Part shown: one piece after another, positions 62,175-64,000 of the stretch
Numbering within the stretch: the first letter of the stretch is position 1
Layout: each line of letters starts with the position of its first letter
Source: Desulfatiglandales bacterium
GTDB taxonomy: Bacteria; Desulfobacterota; DSM-4660; Desulfatiglandales; Desulfatiglandaceae
Assembly: GCA_963662465.1 (NCBI GenBank)
Contig: OY759599.1
Location: 6,208,001 to 6,272,000, forward strand
Direction: 5' to 3'
DNA: 64,000 bases
Made by a program: the position numbers and the translations under genes
Notes under the pieces: model-generated
Databases searched by the model: none
Told to the model about the DNA's origin: nothing
Seen by the model: only the letters and a program-made list of their open reading frames with translations

Positions 62175-62654
62175 AGCTGAGGGTCTCAACCCATGGACAT
62201 CTGGGTGGCGCTTTGTAAAAAACATCAACGGACGTGGAGCGTCCACCTGGTTGGGGAGGGTGGCTTCAATTCCGGTTGTAATCCTTATCCCGTTCATCCT
62301 GTATATCCATGTTCATTTTTCCATTGGTTCAAGAAATGGTATGCGTTCACGGGTTCATCGCTTTCTTCGGGATACCATTGTGTCGGAGCTGAAGGTGGAA
62401 GGTTCGTAGTGTGCCCGTAAGGGCATGGGGTGGGCATGCAACCAAACGCCTCACTGCGTCACTACGAACGTCGCAACAGGGCGCATTAACCCCCGGAAAA
62501 TCACACTTTCGCTGCCGAATAACCTTAGAAACATGGACACTGAACCAGTGAACGGTTACCTAATTTCAAATACCTCTGGCTATTCGTGTAATTCGAGGGT
62601 GGTCTTTGGCGCTCGAAGACATTCCTCTGCCAGGGTGCCGTATTTCCGGGATCT

Positions 62655-63182
62655 TCCTTGGCATGCCGATCTTTCGGAATACAGTGATGAAGAGATTAAA
62701 GGCGCTGTTGTTTTGAGAGTTGTCTTTCTCCTTTTGAAGCATATTTTTTCAAGCGATCTTCCGGAAAAATTCCCTGGGATTTTGGGTCTGTTAAAAGACC
62801 TTCTGAATAAACGAAACGGTCTTGAATATCTTGAGACGGTGTTGCGATATGTTAGCTTCAGGGAGTGATCAAATAGGCAGTGTCGAGATTGAGGAGAGCG
62901 TTAGACAGGTTTTTTGAAGGTCAGGGAGGAGATATCATGCCAACAGCAGCTGAACAATGGATTGAGCAGGGAATTGAGCAGGGAATGCAGCAGGAGGCTA
63001 TGAAACTTTTGTCTCGTCAAATTGTGAGGCGTTTTCAGGTCAGCTCTGATTCTGTTCAACCGATCTTTGCCGGCTTAACCACAGAGCAACTTGAAGAATT
63101 GGGGGAGAGGTTTCTTGAAGCTGAAAGTTTGGATGAAATTCAGGCTTGGGCAGAGGAAAAACGGTTGACAAAAGCGCAATAA
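62655..63182 (+). pseudogene. Rpn family C copy C2; intact internal ORF 62937-63182
   Basis: Duplicate of C1 with the same frameshifts and one fewer IEQG repeat. Confidence 0.75.
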
Positions 63183-63190
63183 ATTACCCT

Positions 63191-64000
63191 ATAGGGGTAG
63201 GAAAGAGCCTCTTGGCTCTCCCCTCCCTCCGAACCGTGCATGCGGTTCTCCCGCACACGGCTCTCCGGTCGATAGTTTCCTCATCGGGATCGGCACGCTG
63301 CTAACCGGGCCTCATGCATAGTGAAAAGCCCGATTTTCGCGAAGTAGGCATTCGGCCAGCGGCGGTGGGCTTCAAGGCTTTTGCCCCAGCCCTTGCGTTT
63401 GTTACGACGCAATAATACGGCGCGTAAGCGTCGGCGGACAAACTTATCCACCGCCGCAAACTCAGTGCGGTAGGCGTGTTTGAAGTAACCAAACCAGCCT
63501 TCGAGCATGGGGTTCAGATCATCAATGATGCTTTCCATACTTCCGCTACGTTTGCGCCGGGTCTCTTCCCGGATTTTATCACGAAGGGCTTTACGGCTTT
63601 TACTGCGTATCCAGCGCTTTCCTGCCTCAAACCGGTATCCCAGGAATTCAAATCCCTGACCCTTTTGTCGACAGTCGCCAAGATGCGTCTTGTCCGGGTG
63701 TAAGCTCAGGTCATTAGCCTGTACCCACTCCCGTACCTTTTGCAAAGCATTCTCCGCTTCCGTTTGACTGCGGCTGAGGATAACAAAGTCGTCCGCGTAA
63801 CGCACCATCCGCATACCTGATTCCGCGATCAGGCTGTCAAGAGGATGCAGGTAAATATTCGCAAGCAAGGGGCTGACTACCGCCCCTTGTGGCGAACCAC
63901 CCGTCGGTGTCCATCTTTCCAAGCCGTCCATCACGTCCTGTTTCAGGAACATTTGAATCAGATTGAGCAATTTGCCGTCGCTGATGCGCATTTCGACTTG
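63191..64000 (-). mobile_element. ltrA: Second group II intron copy (3' part; RT ORF ends at 63281; runs off the right edge)
   Basis: Reverse complement of about 53332-54141; the few differences seen are synonymous. Confidence 0.92.

Noticed and set aside
48600..63190. Integron cassette array
   Set aside because: No tyrosine recombinase is in the window, and I could not identify consistent attC sites. It was kept only as cassette-like shuffling.

Overview
This looks like a chromosomal window from an anaerobic Desulfobacterota (deltaproteobacterial) organism; the taxon is inferred from gene content. It has four zones. (1) 1-20.1 kb: a leftward run of housekeeping and redox genes (DUF89/ARMT1-like, HD hydrolase, DGC protein, MCP, hybrid kinase, degenerate LysA-like protein, TehA/SLAC1, DUF1638, thioredoxin, AT-rich NADH oxidase, acs). 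It is divergent from two PAS-sigma54 activators and a sigma54-driven Orange-protein-type (orp) cluster. (2) 20.8-31 kb: an island of secreted and membrane proteins, two of which share an unusual C-terminal motif, PKGH(T/S)TKYGF. (3) 31.7-48.6 kb: a RiPP cluster with a TolC/HlyD/two-ABC NHLM exporter, two radical SAM-SPASM enzymes and four precursors of two leader types. These are 2 NHLP and 2 Nif11; one Nif11 gene has a Trp-rich core, is interrupted by TGA and is missing from the ORF track. (4) 48.6-64 kb: a shuffled tandem array of nine Rpn/YhgA-like nuclease gene copies from three families. Most are 5'-decayed, but all keep an internal RBS+ATG and an intact C-terminal small ORF (RpnS-like antitoxin). 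The array is interspersed with toxin-antitoxin genes and remnants, MITEs, REP palindromes, and two near-identical group II introns that appear to target the end of a REP palindrome; an empty target site is visible in a duplicated segment. All product calls come from motif recognition by eye; no database searches were run.
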